From: a virus
IMG/VR virus record: IMGVR_UViG_3300029267_006021
DNA length: 64,000 bases
Reading direction: 5' to 3' (one strand)
Below, piece by piece: positions 8,572-18,754 of the stretch. The notes beneath the pieces are model-generated. The model searched no databases, was not told where the DNA came from, and saw nothing but the letters and a program-made list of their open reading frames with translations. The position numbers and the translations under genes were made by a program. The number at the start of each line of letters is the position of its first letter. Positions within the stretch are counted from its first letter, which is position 1.

Positions 8572-8607
8572 ATTATACAAGAAGCAGTCGACGGGATCAA
8601 GGGATTT
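8572..8607 (-). promoter_or_regulatory. Sigma70-type promoter TTGATC-N17-TATAAT
   Basis: -35 at 8595-8600, -10 at 8572-8577. AAATCCCTTGATC is shared with 32037-32049. Confidence 0.75.
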
Positions 8608-8667
8608 GTTAGGTTCAGCGGTTCTAGAGGCGGTTAGCGGAGCTGAACTGAAGAAAATTAGCTCAAA

Positions 8668-8707
8668 AAAATAAAGGTTTAAATTAAAGAATTTAAACCT
8701 TTATTTA
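8668..8707 (-). terminator. Intrinsic terminator after the tail sheath gene
   Basis: AAATAAAGGTTTAAATT...AATTTAAACCTTTATTT inverted repeat with a T-run on the minus strand. Confidence 0.75.
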
Positions 8708-8738
8708 ATATCTTTTAATTTTATTTAGTTCAGGTTCA

Positions 8739-11504
8739 CTATAATTTAGTTCTTAGTTGGAACTGACAAATGATCCATAAAAGAGGAAATACTGGCTGAT
8801 AAAAAGCCTCGACATTACATATCGTAGGATCACTCGCATCCACCTCGGCACTCACCCCCTTGTAATCACTTATAATCTCAGCCTGAACAAGCATCTTTAA
8901 TGTATTTGCGAGAGCTGTCTCAACATCACCTAAAACACTACTCAGGAATTTCACACCAATAAATCTCTGCAAGTTAAATCTTGCAACCTGCTGTACATAA
9001 TCAGCAATTGCTGTAACTGATGGAGTCCTCGTTAACACATTGTCTATCTTTGTCGTAAGTGATTGTCTGATAACTAAATTCGGATCGAGATCTTCGACCA
9101 CTGTCAAACCAGAAATGGCTGTCTGGTTCTGCTCAACAGAATCAAGTTGTCTTGTTAGTCTCTTAAACCCAAGCAGATACTTATTGGTCATTGGGGTTGC
9201 TACATCATACTGTGGAGATACATTTAAGCCAGCAAATGCAGCAGACATAAATGTACTATCAATCGCATACTCTTGTTCAGATCCATATTCATCAATTAAA
9301 CCAATTACTGCTCCATCTGGATAGATACCCCACATTCTTGAAGAATTGGTATTACGAGCAATTACTTGAGCCTCATTAGGAGTTGTTCCTAGCGAAAATC
9401 CAAAGAGGCCCACTCGCTCTGCTCTATAACGAATAGAACTCATCTGCTCAACATGAGCCTTCAGAGCAACACGAACTGAATCATCTGTGGTCAAGGGTAA
9501 TACGAAGTTCGGAAGATAAATTCTTTGTATAGGTTTTTCTAAATTTGTTAATGCGGTTATATAACTGGCTGGTGCTGCCTGGTTCTCACCAGTCTCTTTA
9601 AGAACTTGACAAAGGCCTAAAGCGATTGCACCATTCTGGAAGGCAAGATAAGCGGCGAGAGTCAATTCATTTGTTGTACTAAGGGGCCCAAAATCAGCTT
9701 CTACATCCTTAAATCGAGTGTAAATCTTACAAGAGTAATCTGTTTTAGCGTATTCATAAGTTACATAATAAAAATCACCGATACCAGGTTCATTGCCCGA
9801 TTTGTCGTAAGTACAAATTGTTGCAGTGTCTCCCACATTTATACCAGTCGTATTTATAACAATTGTCCAGAGTCCTGGAATCGACAAAATCGGTTGATTG
9901 CTTGTTGTGTGATTTGCGACTGTCTGGAATTGTAAGGTGTCACCTGTCTGATAAGTAACAGTGGAACCCTGTCTTATTGTAAATCTAACCCCAGTCGTTC
10001 CATCAATATAAGTCTTTTCCAACTCTCCTGTTCCTGAAGACCCACTTGGAGCAAGAGATGAAGTTACGCTATAAGTCGTAGACGAAGTAAAGGTTACTGT
10101 AACTATTTCTAAAGGAGAATATCCAGGTATTGTCTGTAAATCTGGGAATGATGTTGGGATTGCGCCAAGACCTGTTGGCCAAATGATGCCTTCTGTTGCG
10201 AAGTCTGGATCTGTAACATGATCTTGAGAACTGTTGTGGCGTAAGTAATAAACTGCCCCATTATCACGGCTTGTAATTTTATATGTACCAACGCCTGTAA
10301 CTCCTGGTGTAATTACTTCTAAATAATAGCAATCATCTGCCAAAATGTTATAGAAATAAGTTGCATAAACTTTATGCCCTACTGCTGGGGCATCTTTTGT
10401 CCAAACCTTTTTGGCGCTACCATCAAGCTTTTTGACTGTTACTTCACCAGCATTAAAAGCATTAACTGCGCTCGTACCAACAAATACTTTTATTTTGGAA
10501 GTATCATCAGTTACTAAATCTCTACCGCCTCCGTCAACAGGTTCGCGTGAAAGCGTAAATTCTTTAGTGCTTCCATCTCCCACACCCACTGGGTCCATAT
10601 AAACTACATTGTCAATTAAAGTGCGAGAGACTTGTGTGTCATCAAAATATTCATAACCTGGCGTATGTGTTCCAGCGCTAATAACAGCGGCTGCCCCCCA
10701 CTGTATTGTATCGTCTACAAGAACAAAATCTGTATCTTCAATAAAATCTGTTGAATCTGGAGAATAGCCCACTCTAATTATATCCGTGACATTTTTGTTG
10801 AATAAATCATCTCCAGTATCTTGATATCTATTATAGTAGTAGGTAACGAGTACTGTGGCGCCCGCTGCCGGAGCAGAACTCAATTGAAATGTTCCAGATG
10901 TACCTGCGATCGAACTAGGTGTAACTGTACTTCCATTAACCTTTACTGTAATATCTGCGACCGAATTTGTTATAATTCCACCACCTGTTCCATCAACAAT
11001 TGGTACATAATTTGTTTTAAAAACCTTGTTCGTTCCATCAGCCTGAGATGAAAGATCTTCATCTGCTATCTGAGTATCTGTTCTATTATAATAATAAGTT
11101 ATAAGAACGGTTGCGTCTGCTGCAGGTATTGAATCTAAATAAACAACTCCTGTAGCCCCCTGAACTGCTGAAACCCCAACAGGCTCATTATCTACAAGAA
11201 CAGTTACATCTCTTGGGTTTGTAGTAGTTTGTCCTTGTCCTGAACCTGTTACAATTGGAAAATTAGCAACAGTAAAACTTCGATTTGTTCCATCTAACTG
11301 GCTAGAAACATCTTCCTTTGAAATCAAATTATCAGCAATAGAAGAAGAGCCTCTAAAGAGTTCGTCAGTTGCTTCAAGAGTCTCTTTTCCAACACCAATA
11401 AATGCCGGGAATCTAATGCCCCCAGTAAAACTCGGCACAGTTTGATCAGTAAGGGTTCTAGTATATGGACCTGGAGGCACGTATGATGTAAAAGGACCGA
11501 CCAC
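8739..11504 (-). CDS. Contractile tail sheath protein with inserted beta-rich domains
   Basis: N-terminal YVPPGPYTRT, RFKDVEADFG, C-terminal sheath domain (HVEQMS...ERVG, IRQSLTT, FYQPVFPLLWI). GTG start with AGGAGG RBS. Confidence 0.9.
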   Translation of the reverse strand: MVGPFTSYVPPGPYTRTLTDQTVPSFTGGIRFPAFIGVGKETLEATDELFRGSSSIADNLISKEDVSSQLDGTNRSFTVANFPIVTGSGQGQTTTNPRDVTVLVDNEPVGVSAVQGATGVVYLDSIPAADATVLITYYYNRTDTQIADEDLSSQADGTNKVFKTNYVPIVDGTGGGIITNSVADITVKVNGSTVTPSSIAGTSGTFQLSSAPAAGATVLVTYYYNRYQDTGDDLFNKNVTDIIRVGYSPDSTDFIEDTDFVLVDDTIQWGAAAVISAGTHTPGYEYFDDTQVSRTLIDNVVYMDPVGVGDGSTKEFTLSREPVDGGGRDLVTDDTSKIKVFVGTSAVNAFNAGEVTVKKLDGSAKKVWTKDAPAVGHKVYATYFYNILADDCYYLEVITPGVTGVGTYKITSRDNGAVYYLRHNSSQDHVTDPDFATEGIIWPTGLGAIPTSFPDLQTIPGYSPLEIVTVTFTSSTTYSVTSSLAPSGSSGTGELEKTYIDGTTGVRFTIRQGSTVTYQTGDTLQFQTVANHTTSNQPILSIPGLWTIVINTTGINVGDTATICTYDKSGNEPGIGDFYYVTYEYAKTDYSCKIYTRFKDVEADFGPLSTTNELTLAAYLAFQNGAIALGLCQVLKETGENQAAPASYITALTNLEKPIQRIYLPNFVLPLTTDDSVRVALKAHVEQMSSIRYRAERVGLFGFSLGTTPNEAQVIARNTNSSRMWGIYPDGAVIGLIDEYGSEQEYAIDSTFMSAAFAGLNVSPQYDVATPMTNKYLLGFKRLTRQLDSVEQNQTAISGLTVVEDLDPNLVIRQSLTTKIDNVLTRTPSVTAIADYVQQVARFNLQRFIGVKFLSSVLGDVETALANTLKMLVQAEIISDYKGVSAEVDASDPTICNVEAFYQPVFPLLWIICQFQLRTKL

Positions 11505-11563
11505 TTTATGACCTCCTATCTTTATTTACTCAGATTATCACAAACTTCTAATCAGTACAACAA

Positions 11564-11576
11564 ATTAGTAGATTAT
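11564..11576 (-). promoter_or_regulatory. Putative phage late promoter ATAATCTACTAAT
   Basis: About 60 bp upstream of the sheath start. Confidence 0.65.
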
Positions 11577-12034
11577 TTTGAATCATCGAATTGTGATAAA
11601 CCTTGGGCTTCTCTTTTTTTGCGGTGTTCTGACAAAGCTTCTCGATATTCACCTAACATTGTTTTGCGTTTAGACACAACACGATCATCCGCTGGAACAT
11701 ATTCCATCTCCCCTGGATTTCCTGAGGGTAATCTTCTTAAACGTTTTTCTTTAGTTGACTCCCGATATTTTTCTTTTTCTTTTTGTCTTTGTTCAAAAAT
11801 AGGTCGGATCTTTTTATCGACTGTTTCACCAACTCGTCTATCTAACTCTTTTTGAGAGTAGGTTATATCAGAGCTATAGGGAGAACTATCTTTCACAATT
11901 GGAGGAGCAATTTGGGAAATTACTCTATTACAAGATTTTCCACAAATTGGGCACTCATGCGAACTAACATGCACTGGAACTAACCGTTCAAATAAAGCTT
12001 GACAAGATGCACATTTAAATTCGTAAAGTGGCAT
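11573..12034 (-). CDS. FmdB-family zinc-ribbon protein
   Basis: MPLYEFKCASC...CPICG. AAGGAG RBS before the ATG at 12034. Confidence 0.85.
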   Translation of the reverse strand: MPLYEFKCASCQALFERLVPVHVSSHECPICGKSCNRVISQIAPPIVKDSSPYSSDITYSQKELDRRVGETVDKKIRPIFEQRQKEKEKYRESTKEKRLRRLPSGNPGEMEYVPADDRVVSKRKTMLGEYREALSEHRKKREAQGLSQFDDSK

Positions 12035-12044
12035 GAATTTCTCC

Positions 12045-13505
12045 TTAAACCAAACGCTCGAAATTTCTATAACCCACACGCATGACTGGAACTTCATTTG
12101 GTAATATTGCTTCTAGCTGAAGAGACGAAACTTCATCTCCTCCGACCTCCCGAACATTCTCTTCACCTCCTAAAACATAATCAAATCTTCTGAAGGCAAA
12201 AGGTAGGGGCTTATGTAATTCCCAATCAGTCTCTAAAGATAGAGTTAAAGAAGACATAAAATACATGCTACCTTCGGTTTCATTATAGACTTCCTCAGAT
12301 TCACCTCCATGTGAGATATCCTTGACTACAATACCTTCACGATCGAGCCTTGGTTTTAAACCTTCCCATAAAACAGAAAGTGTAACATCTGCTAATTCTT
12401 CTCTCTGTAATGGGTCTCGAGCATAAACATTTATTGATAGAGAAAGGTCCCATTTGCCTCCGAAAGCCTGAGCTACTTGCTCTCGATTATTACGAATAAT
12501 AACTGCTTGTTTATCATCTTTTTCGACACCCCTCTCAAAAGCAAGAACAACACCTTTTATTGCCTGGTTATTACTTCTATCCTGTATTAATGGATAAGGG
12601 CCTCGTGAAGCTCCTGGGTATTTGTAACTCACAGTTAAAATTGTGCCTTCAGGCATACTCGGATTGATTAAAGTTAAAATTCCAGTAGTTGTATCTACTG
12701 TATATTCTGTACCCTCTATCATTTCAATTCGCTGATCACGCCAAAGATCTATAGGCACAGACAATACTGGGAAATGATCAAGTTGGAAAGTTGTCTCAGA
12801 TCCATCATAATCTAGAGTCAGAATTTCATCTTCTACCACATACAATGGATCAATTACAAATTCATTCTTACCTGTAACTTCAATATAATAGATACCTTGA
12901 GGTTCAAGAGTTCTATAATAATACATGACTTTAACTTCATCTGAAATAGCAGGAGCCATCTCTAAAGTTATTCGTCCAGTAATTGGATTTATTTCTTCAG
13001 GAAGAACAGGAACAGCGTTTACTGTAACACGTACAGATAAAGACTTAGTGGCATATTCTCCTGTTCTTGGGTCTACAATTGGGGTATTACTAACCTGAAT
13101 AATCCGTACAGTTCCATCCATTTGTGCCGAGACATCTTCTGTAACTTTAGCCTGTATATTTTCAACATCTTCACGAATCCATTCTATTGAGCGTCCCTTA
13201 TAATTTGCGACACGAGCTAAAAATACATGACTAATAACTGTACCTATAAAATTATCAGCTGCCAGCTTAATTAAATCGCCACTTATATTGTTGACTACAA
13301 TACCAAAACTTGGACGCTCATCAAAAGCATATTTATTTTGAATAAACTGCTCGATCTCCTTATAGGTCGGATGTCCCCGAAAAACTGTTTTCAATTCATC
13401 TATAATACGAAATTTAATAGCCTTAGTGAGACGACTCATATTAATTTTAGCCGTCTCACTGGGCGGAGTCGGCGGAGAAGTTGTAGCAGGAGTAGGCTGT
13501 GTCAT
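12045..13505 (-). CDS. Putative tail completion / sheath terminator protein
   Basis: Upstream of the sheath. SINVYARDPLQREELAD motif. Shares the EDVSxQxDG domain with the sheath. Confidence 0.6.
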   Translation of the reverse strand: MTQPTPATTSPPTPPSETAKINMSRLTKAIKFRIIDELKTVFRGHPTYKEIEQFIQNKYAFDERPSFGIVVNNISGDLIKLAADNFIGTVISHVFLARVANYKGRSIEWIREDVENIQAKVTEDVSAQMDGTVRIIQVSNTPIVDPRTGEYATKSLSVRVTVNAVPVLPEEINPITGRITLEMAPAISDEVKVMYYYRTLEPQGIYYIEVTGKNEFVIDPLYVVEDEILTLDYDGSETTFQLDHFPVLSVPIDLWRDQRIEMIEGTEYTVDTTTGILTLINPSMPEGTILTVSYKYPGASRGPYPLIQDRSNNQAIKGVVLAFERGVEKDDKQAVIIRNNREQVAQAFGGKWDLSLSINVYARDPLQREELADVTLSVLWEGLKPRLDREGIVVKDISHGGESEEVYNETEGSMYFMSSLTLSLETDWELHKPLPFAFRRFDYVLGGEENVREVGGDEVSSLQLEAILPNEVPVMRVGYRNFERLV

Positions 13506-14467
13506 TGTAAACTACTCATTCGTTCTTTTAGAATCTGTATTGCTTGCTCTACTTCATCTTCAGTTATTTTTGCGTCATCTTCAAGTAATTTCTTTAATTC
13601 ACGGTAGACATAAAGATAACCATACCGAGCTAAATATTTAAATATTAAATTTTGTGGCGAAACCATTTCATAATCTTCCCTACGCTGTTCTTTGATCTCA
13701 ACTCCCTCTTCAACAAATTTTTCTATTTCATCTTCCACTTCTTCAAGCTTTTGTTTGATCTTTTCAGCAAATATAATTTTGTTTTCAGGGCTAAGAGTTT
13801 TTATTGCCTCTAATAGTAAGTCTATATCTTTAAGATCTCTAAATATAGAACCAATCTGCAGATCAAAATTTTGAGCAATTTCTTCGGCATCTTTTAGAAC
13901 ATCAGCAAAAGCCTTTTCTGGATCAAAACCAATCTCGACTATTCGGGGCGGTGCTAACCACTGATTTCCAAAAATAGAGTAAATACCATCATGTTTTCCG
14001 ATATCTTCAACTCGTTTAAAAGCTTGCTCTTCTGACTCAAAATAAAATTCAATTGGATGCTCAGTTCTAAAAACAAATTCTTTTTCTTGAGTATTCAATA
14101 TTCTACGCCACTGGTCATTCATAAAAGGTATAACCAAATCTTCAGAAAGCGTAGATTCTTCTAGATCAATAAACTTAGAAACATCAATTATAACATGAAT
14201 ATCTAAATCGGTTTTTCTTGTATACTGATAAGAGGTGAGAGAACCTAAAACAAGCATGTCTATAAGCCACTCATCAAAATTAGCATAACCTTGTCCAATT
14301 AAAAAAGAGAAAAGCTTGCTTTGAATTTGCTCTTTGACAGATTTTCTTAAAAGACCTTGCTCATTCCAAATGGATAAATCCAAACCTTGCTGAGGGTAAT
14401 CTAAAATACTACTTTTCTTCTCACATTCGTTTGAACTATATTTACTCATAATCCTAGACGTTTCCAA
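13502..14467 (-). CDS. Pol-beta superfamily nucleotidyltransferase
   Basis: LGSLTSYQY...DLDIH motif plus HPIEFY. Confidence 0.75.
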   Translation of the reverse strand: METSRIMSKYSSNECEKKSSILDYPQQGLDLSIWNEQGLLRKSVKEQIQSKLFSFLIGQGYANFDEWLIDMLVLGSLTSYQYTRKTDLDIHVIIDVSKFIDLEESTLSEDLVIPFMNDQWRRILNTQEKEFVFRTEHPIEFYFESEEQAFKRVEDIGKHDGIYSIFGNQWLAPPRIVEIGFDPEKAFADVLKDAEEIAQNFDLQIGSIFRDLKDIDLLLEAIKTLSPENKIIFAEKIKQKLEEVEDEIEKFVEEGVEIKEQRREDYEMVSPQNLIFKYLARYGYLYVYRELKKLLEDDAKITEDEVEQAIQILKERMSSLQ

Positions 14468-14649
14468 AGCGCTTTAATCGTTGCATAATGTACTTCAAAT
14501 TCAATGCGAGGTAGTGTTGTCCACTTCTCAGGACTAATTTGATTTCGCTTAAAATAATCTTGTATTAGCTGATCCTTAACTGAAGTTCTACAATTGGTTA
14601 TCTCCCCATTAACAAGCCAAGTTCGCTTATCTATTTGTTTAAATTTCAT
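14446..14649 (-). CDS. Hypothetical protein
   Basis: Overlapping operon packing. Confidence 0.55.
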   Translation of the reverse strand: MKFKQIDKRTWLVNGEITNCRTSVKDQLIQDYFKRNQISPEKWTTLPRIEFEVHYATIKALWKRLGL

Positions 14650-14932
14650 CTTTTAAAGCTTCTTCCAGGAAATCTTCTAAACGAGATCTATTGAAAAAAT
14701 CAGAATCGATTATATCTTCAAAAATCTCATCAACGAACATCTGTATGATTTCCTGCTTATCTAAAGTTTCCCATTTCGCTTCATATTCCTCAGGCAAAAC
14801 TTGCTCGAGTTTTCTTTGAATCTTTGAAGCAATATTGTTATCAATTGTGAGACGAACCTGGGCTTCTTTTGAATGCTCTGTAAGATTTTCTATTAAATGT
14901 TTGAGTTCTGCTTTTTTCATTATAATCCCCAT
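14639..14932 (-). CDS. Acidic hypothetical protein
   Basis: Operon packing. Confidence 0.65.
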   Translation of the reverse strand: MGIIMKKAELKHLIENLTEHSKEAQVRLTIDNNIASKIQRKLEQVLPEEYEAKWETLDKQEIIQMFVDEIFEDIIDSDFFNRSRLEDFLEEALKDEI

Positions 14933-15312
14933 TCTGACAAAGTATAGAGATCAGTATATTCCCGATCCATAATCGGATCAAAAAACTGGGCAAGATTTGA
15001 ATAACTTCCATAAGACTCAAGAAGATCAGACAAACCAGATTCTTGAAGTTTTAAAGCCTCTTCTCTAGCACTCTTTAAAAGATCAAGTGTATCTTTTCTG
15101 GCTTTATGATCAATTTCTTTCCAAGGAACAATTAGATCATCTGGTTCACTTAAAACCTTACAAGTTCTAATCAATATCTCAAAAGCATATTTTTCATCTA
15201 TAATCTCTTCGAGTATTCGTTTAATCTCCTGGCACAAATTTAGATATTCTCTATGAGAGATTTTGTCAGCATATTTTTGAAGAATTCGACTAATTTGTTG
15301 ATCCATTTTCAA
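14920..15312 (-). CDS. Hypothetical protein
   Basis: Operon packing. Degenerate late motif at 15341-15353. Confidence 0.65.
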   Translation of the reverse strand: MKMDQQISRILQKYADKISHREYLNLCQEIKRILEEIIDEKYAFEILIRTCKVLSEPDDLIVPWKEIDHKARKDTLDLLKSAREEALKLQESGLSDLLESYGSYSNLAQFFDPIMDREYTDLYTLSEWGL

Positions 15313-15362
15313 ACCACAAAGAATAACTAATTTAGAGAGTATAAGTGTATTATTGAAATGGA

Positions 15363-15614
15363 TTATGAAGATTTAGGTTTTCTTCCCCGTTTTTTAGGTT
15401 CTGGCTTTTTAGGTTGCTTTTCTTCTGGAGGTATAGGAGGGGCTGTTTTTGCTTTCTTTAAAACCGTGACCCAACGATCACGAATAGCATCTCTAAGAGA
15501 AGCAGATTTTAGATACTCGTCATTTGAAAAATCAGCTATTTCATTTTGTGTGAGTTTTCTTTTTAATTCTGGAATATTGAGTGCTTTTACATTACACCTG
15601 ACTTGGACTTCCAT
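15363..15614 (-). CDS. Hypothetical protein with basic Pro/Lys tail
   Basis: AAGGAG RBS. Confidence 0.7.
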   Translation of the reverse strand: MEVQVRCNVKALNIPELKRKLTQNEIADFSNDEYLKSASLRDAIRDRWVTVLKKAKTAPPIPPEEKQPKKPEPKKRGRKPKSS

Positions 15615-15638
15615 TTAAATCTCCTTCAAATCTAAATC

Positions 15639-15788
15639 TTAAGCTTCTTCGATTTCTTTATTTGTGACGTTGTAAGTCACTGCCCTAAAAGGGAAAGATT
15701 GATCTGTAACCAAATACACATCCATTTTCAATGTAGTCGGACCATAATATGGATTAAGGATAAACATCTCTTGTTGTATAGTGGCCAT
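15639..15788 (-). CDS. Small hypothetical protein (49 aa)
   Basis: Not in the ORF track. MATIQQEMFILNPYYG...EEA* with AGGAG RBS, fills the gap. Confidence 0.6.
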   Translation of the reverse strand: MATIQQEMFILNPYYGPTTLKMDVYLVTDQSFPFRAVTYNVTNKEIEEA

Positions 15789-15799
15789 TAAGAATCTCC

Positions 15800-16279
15800 T
15801 CAATCCAAAAACTGTGGCATGTCTTGAATATTAAAATCTGGCATCTCAGTAGGTTCAAATGGAGCAAAAGTTGGCATATCTTGAATGATAATAAACACAG
15901 GCATATCTTCTAAAAGAATCTCTTCTTCATCGGCAATTTTTGAAGGCCTTTTTGCTTCCTCGAGCATCTTAACAACTTGATCAAGTTTTTCGGCAACCTT
16001 TAGACGAAGATCATAACTTAATTTGGTTTCATCTTCACTGACTACTTTTAAAGCAGGATCTTTATAAGCCAGTAAAGCATCCCAAACATATTTCATCAGA
16101 GAAAAGGGCGATCTCTTTGAATCAATAATAGAATTCATTTCTCTTTTGGATTGGTCATTTACTTTAGATTTATTAACAGTTTCATGTAGAAGATCTTGCA
16201 TTGGTTCAAGATCTAAACCCTCAAGTTGATGGGCTACATCTTCAAAAACTGATTTAAATTTCTTTCTAATATCAGCCAT
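15800..16279 (-). CDS. Hypothetical protein
   Basis: AGGAG RBS. Late motif at 16316-16328. Confidence 0.75.
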   Translation of the reverse strand: MADIRKKFKSVFEDVAHQLEGLDLEPMQDLLHETVNKSKVNDQSKREMNSIIDSKRSPFSLMKYVWDALLAYKDPALKVVSEDETKLSYDLRLKVAEKLDQVVKMLEEAKRPSKIADEEEILLEDMPVFIIIQDMPTFAPFEPTEMPDFNIQDMPQFLD

Positions 16280-16315
16280 TTAATAGACTCCTATAAATAA
16301 CTTAAAAACCAACTA

Positions 16316-16328
16316 ATTAGTAGAGTAT
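16316..16328 (-). promoter_or_regulatory. Putative phage late promoter ATACTCTACTAAT
   Basis: Identical to the copy at 2489-2501. Confidence 0.65.
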
Positions 16329-16329
16329 T

Positions 16330-17658
16330 TTAGTATTCGATGTTCTCAAAAGTAATTGTTCTGCCTTTTATTTCTCTCTTATCTGGAATTTCTGGTTTAT
16401 CAGTTATAACTGGACTATCGCTTGTTGTACCAGGAGGTTCTCGAGTATTATCGACTTCTGGAATTGGTCCCTCTATTGTAGCTTCTGGATATACTGGAAC
16501 CTTATAACGGGCATCTCTTGTGTCAATATATTGCACTTCAAAATGTTGTTGAAAAATCGCCCCATGAGCCCCTTCTGGTGTGATTGCTCCTACTGCATAT
16601 CTTTCGCCATTTGCTCGAATTATAAAATCTCTTTGAGAAAGTAAAGGAGATGGGCCAGTCCAAGTAGAAAAGGAAAAATTAAGCCTCATACCAGTTTCTG
16701 CAATTTCTTTATTTCGGGGAGCCTCTGGAGAAGCGATAATTATATCAAAAGGCCCAGAATAACCTCCTACATAGCCTGTCCCATAACAAATAGGACAATC
16801 ATGATAACTTCTCTTATGGGTATCCGACCAATCAGGACAACGAGTTCCCATCCATTTTCTAATAAATACTTTTACCCTTTCTCCCCCTTGTTGTAATATC
16901 CATCTATTGCGACGGATAGCTTCTCGCCACATCCAATTAATACGTTCAACTTGTTGAAATGTTTCACCTTCTACCTGATTAAGTGGGGTTTCAACTATTT
17001 CTCCCGTATCTTTACGTGTGCCTATGGTTGTAACTTTATAAAAAATTCGATTATCAATGCGTAATGGAACACTATTTGTATTATAACGATAAGTACATAA
17101 GACTCTGCTTGCTGAATTATTAAAATCAGGCAAACGAGCAGTTATAGTTTTTCTTGTTGCATGATCATAATAACCTGAAGTAATTAAAAACACCTCACCT
17201 GTTGAACCGATAACTCTATAAATCGGAGTTTCAACAAGTTCTCCGTCACCCTTATCTATCTTTACAACAATATCCTTTGTATCACTAGCGTATGATAATT
17301 GTGGAGAATCCTTGACTATTGGTCGATGCATTGTCTTAAAAATATATTCATTTCGTTCATTATCTCCTCGGCTTATAAAATTATTCGTTACATCCTCATC
17401 AACAATTAATTCATTCGTCACACGATCTCTATAGGTTAGAGTTCCAATAGGAGTTTCAGTTAAAAGTTTATAAGGCCCGAATTCACTATTTGGTGATTTA
17501 TAAACATTGACACCCGTTATATCAAAATTAGCATTATCTGGATCATCAACAGGATTATCAAAACGAATGTCTAAAGCACCATCAACAAAAGGATGTACAC
17601 AGAAAACATTACGAGGACCATTCGGATATAAATTATTTGTTTTGGAAGTTATAGACAT
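16330..17658 (-). CDS. Putative neck / head-closure protein
   Basis: GERVKVFIRK..GTRC...CPICYGTGYVGGY, then a beta domain with PLLSQRDFII...RY. Confidence 0.65.
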   Translation of the reverse strand: MSITSKTNNLYPNGPRNVFCVHPFVDGALDIRFDNPVDDPDNANFDITGVNVYKSPNSEFGPYKLLTETPIGTLTYRDRVTNELIVDEDVTNNFISRGDNERNEYIFKTMHRPIVKDSPQLSYASDTKDIVVKIDKGDGELVETPIYRVIGSTGEVFLITSGYYDHATRKTITARLPDFNNSASRVLCTYRYNTNSVPLRIDNRIFYKVTTIGTRKDTGEIVETPLNQVEGETFQQVERINWMWREAIRRNRWILQQGGERVKVFIRKWMGTRCPDWSDTHKRSYHDCPICYGTGYVGGYSGPFDIIIASPEAPRNKEIAETGMRLNFSFSTWTGPSPLLSQRDFIIRANGERYAVGAITPEGAHGAIFQQHFEVQYIDTRDARYKVPVYPEATIEGPIPEVDNTREPPGTTSDSPVITDKPEIPDKREIKGRTITFENIEY

Positions 17659-17664
17659 GAAATT

Positions 17665-18462
17665 TTAACCACTAGACCGAACGAAATATTTACCCCGTAG
17701 AGATTCAGCAGCGGCTTCAAGTTCTGGATTATTTACACTACGAGCAAAATTGGCAATCTCCTCTCGCATGCTATTCAGCGTTTGTGAAACATAACCTCTA
17801 CTAATACCGAGGTCTTCTTGAATTTGTTGCCCAGTTTTACCCTCAAGAAGCATATCAAAAACTTTGCCGAATCGTTCTTTAGTTTCATATAGATAATTAC
17901 GAATATCCTTAACTAGTGTATTATATTCCGATTCAGTTTCAGCTGTGTCTCTGATATCTATAAGTAAATCAGCTGGGATACCGGCTCCTTCTTCACTCTC
18001 TTCTGTAATAATTGGAGCTGTCCGTTCATATTGTTTTTGTAAACGTTTTTTATAGTCAAAGATACGACTCTTGGTATTTGTAATAATCATATTATGTAAT
18101 TTACCCCGATCAGGATCAAAGCGATCAAGCCAATCAGGCAATGATGCCAAAACTTCAGCCTGAACTTCTTCTACATCCATACCTCTAAGGCCATATTTTC
18201 GAATAGTTCCAGAAACTAAACCCGTAATACTAAATCCCTCGCCGTCTGGAAGAGTCTCTACAGGTATACCTTTTTCTTTGACCTGTTCTATAAACCATTT
18301 ATCAATTGCTTTTAAAGTATCATCACAAAGCTTCTTAAAATAAGCAAAATGTTCTGAACTAACTTTTAAAGAAGACAGAGTCTTTAAAGCTTTGAGCAAA
18401 AAATTTAGAGCCATTCTTTGAGTTTCTGAAACTTTAGTTACCATTTTTGGAATCTCCTTCAA
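17665..18462 (-). CDS. Sigma70-family-like RNA polymerase sigma factor
   Basis: Region-2-like DVEEVQAE...LDRFDPDRGKL...RIFDYKKR and region-4 HTH GKTGQQIQEDLGISRGYVSQTL. Confidence 0.7.
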   Translation of the reverse strand: MKEIPKMVTKVSETQRMALNFLLKALKTLSSLKVSSEHFAYFKKLCDDTLKAIDKWFIEQVKEKGIPVETLPDGEGFSITGLVSGTIRKYGLRGMDVEEVQAEVLASLPDWLDRFDPDRGKLHNMIITNTKSRIFDYKKRLQKQYERTAPIITEESEEGAGIPADLLIDIRDTAETESEYNTLVKDIRNYLYETKERFGKVFDMLLEGKTGQQIQEDLGISRGYVSQTLNSMREEIANFARSVNNPELEAAAESLRGKYFVRSSG

Positions 18463-18721
18463 TCTTCTTATTCAAAAACTGTTGATTGAGAATCAAACCT
18501 TTTACATAATCACTATAACGCTTGTCAACCCGAGCATTAGTTTTTTCTATTGCTTCTTGTTTTGTGGATTCTTGTTCTATAGATTCTTGTTCTATAATTT
18601 CTTCCTGTTCTAAGTTAAACTCTGGATTTTCAACATAAAAAAAATCAAAGGACAAAGGAGGTAAGACAAATATATTAGGTTCCTGTCCTCTAAGTTTTGA
18701 AAATTTTCTCAGTATCGCCAT
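18434..18721 (-). CDS. Hypothetical protein
   Basis: First gene after the late motif at 18755. EQES repeats. Confidence 0.65.
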   Translation of the reverse strand: MAILRKFSKLRGQEPNIFVLPPLSFDFFYVENPEFNLEQEEIIEQESIEQESTKQEAIEKTNARVDKRYSDYVKGLILNQQFLNKKIEGDSKNGN

Positions 18722-18754
18722 TAGAGAAACCTATAAAGGCCAATTAATAGAGGT

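Noticed and set aside
8739-17658. Extracellular contractile injection system or tailocin
   Set aside because: Head-tail neck proteins, tRNAs, homing nucleases and many ORFans point to a true phage.
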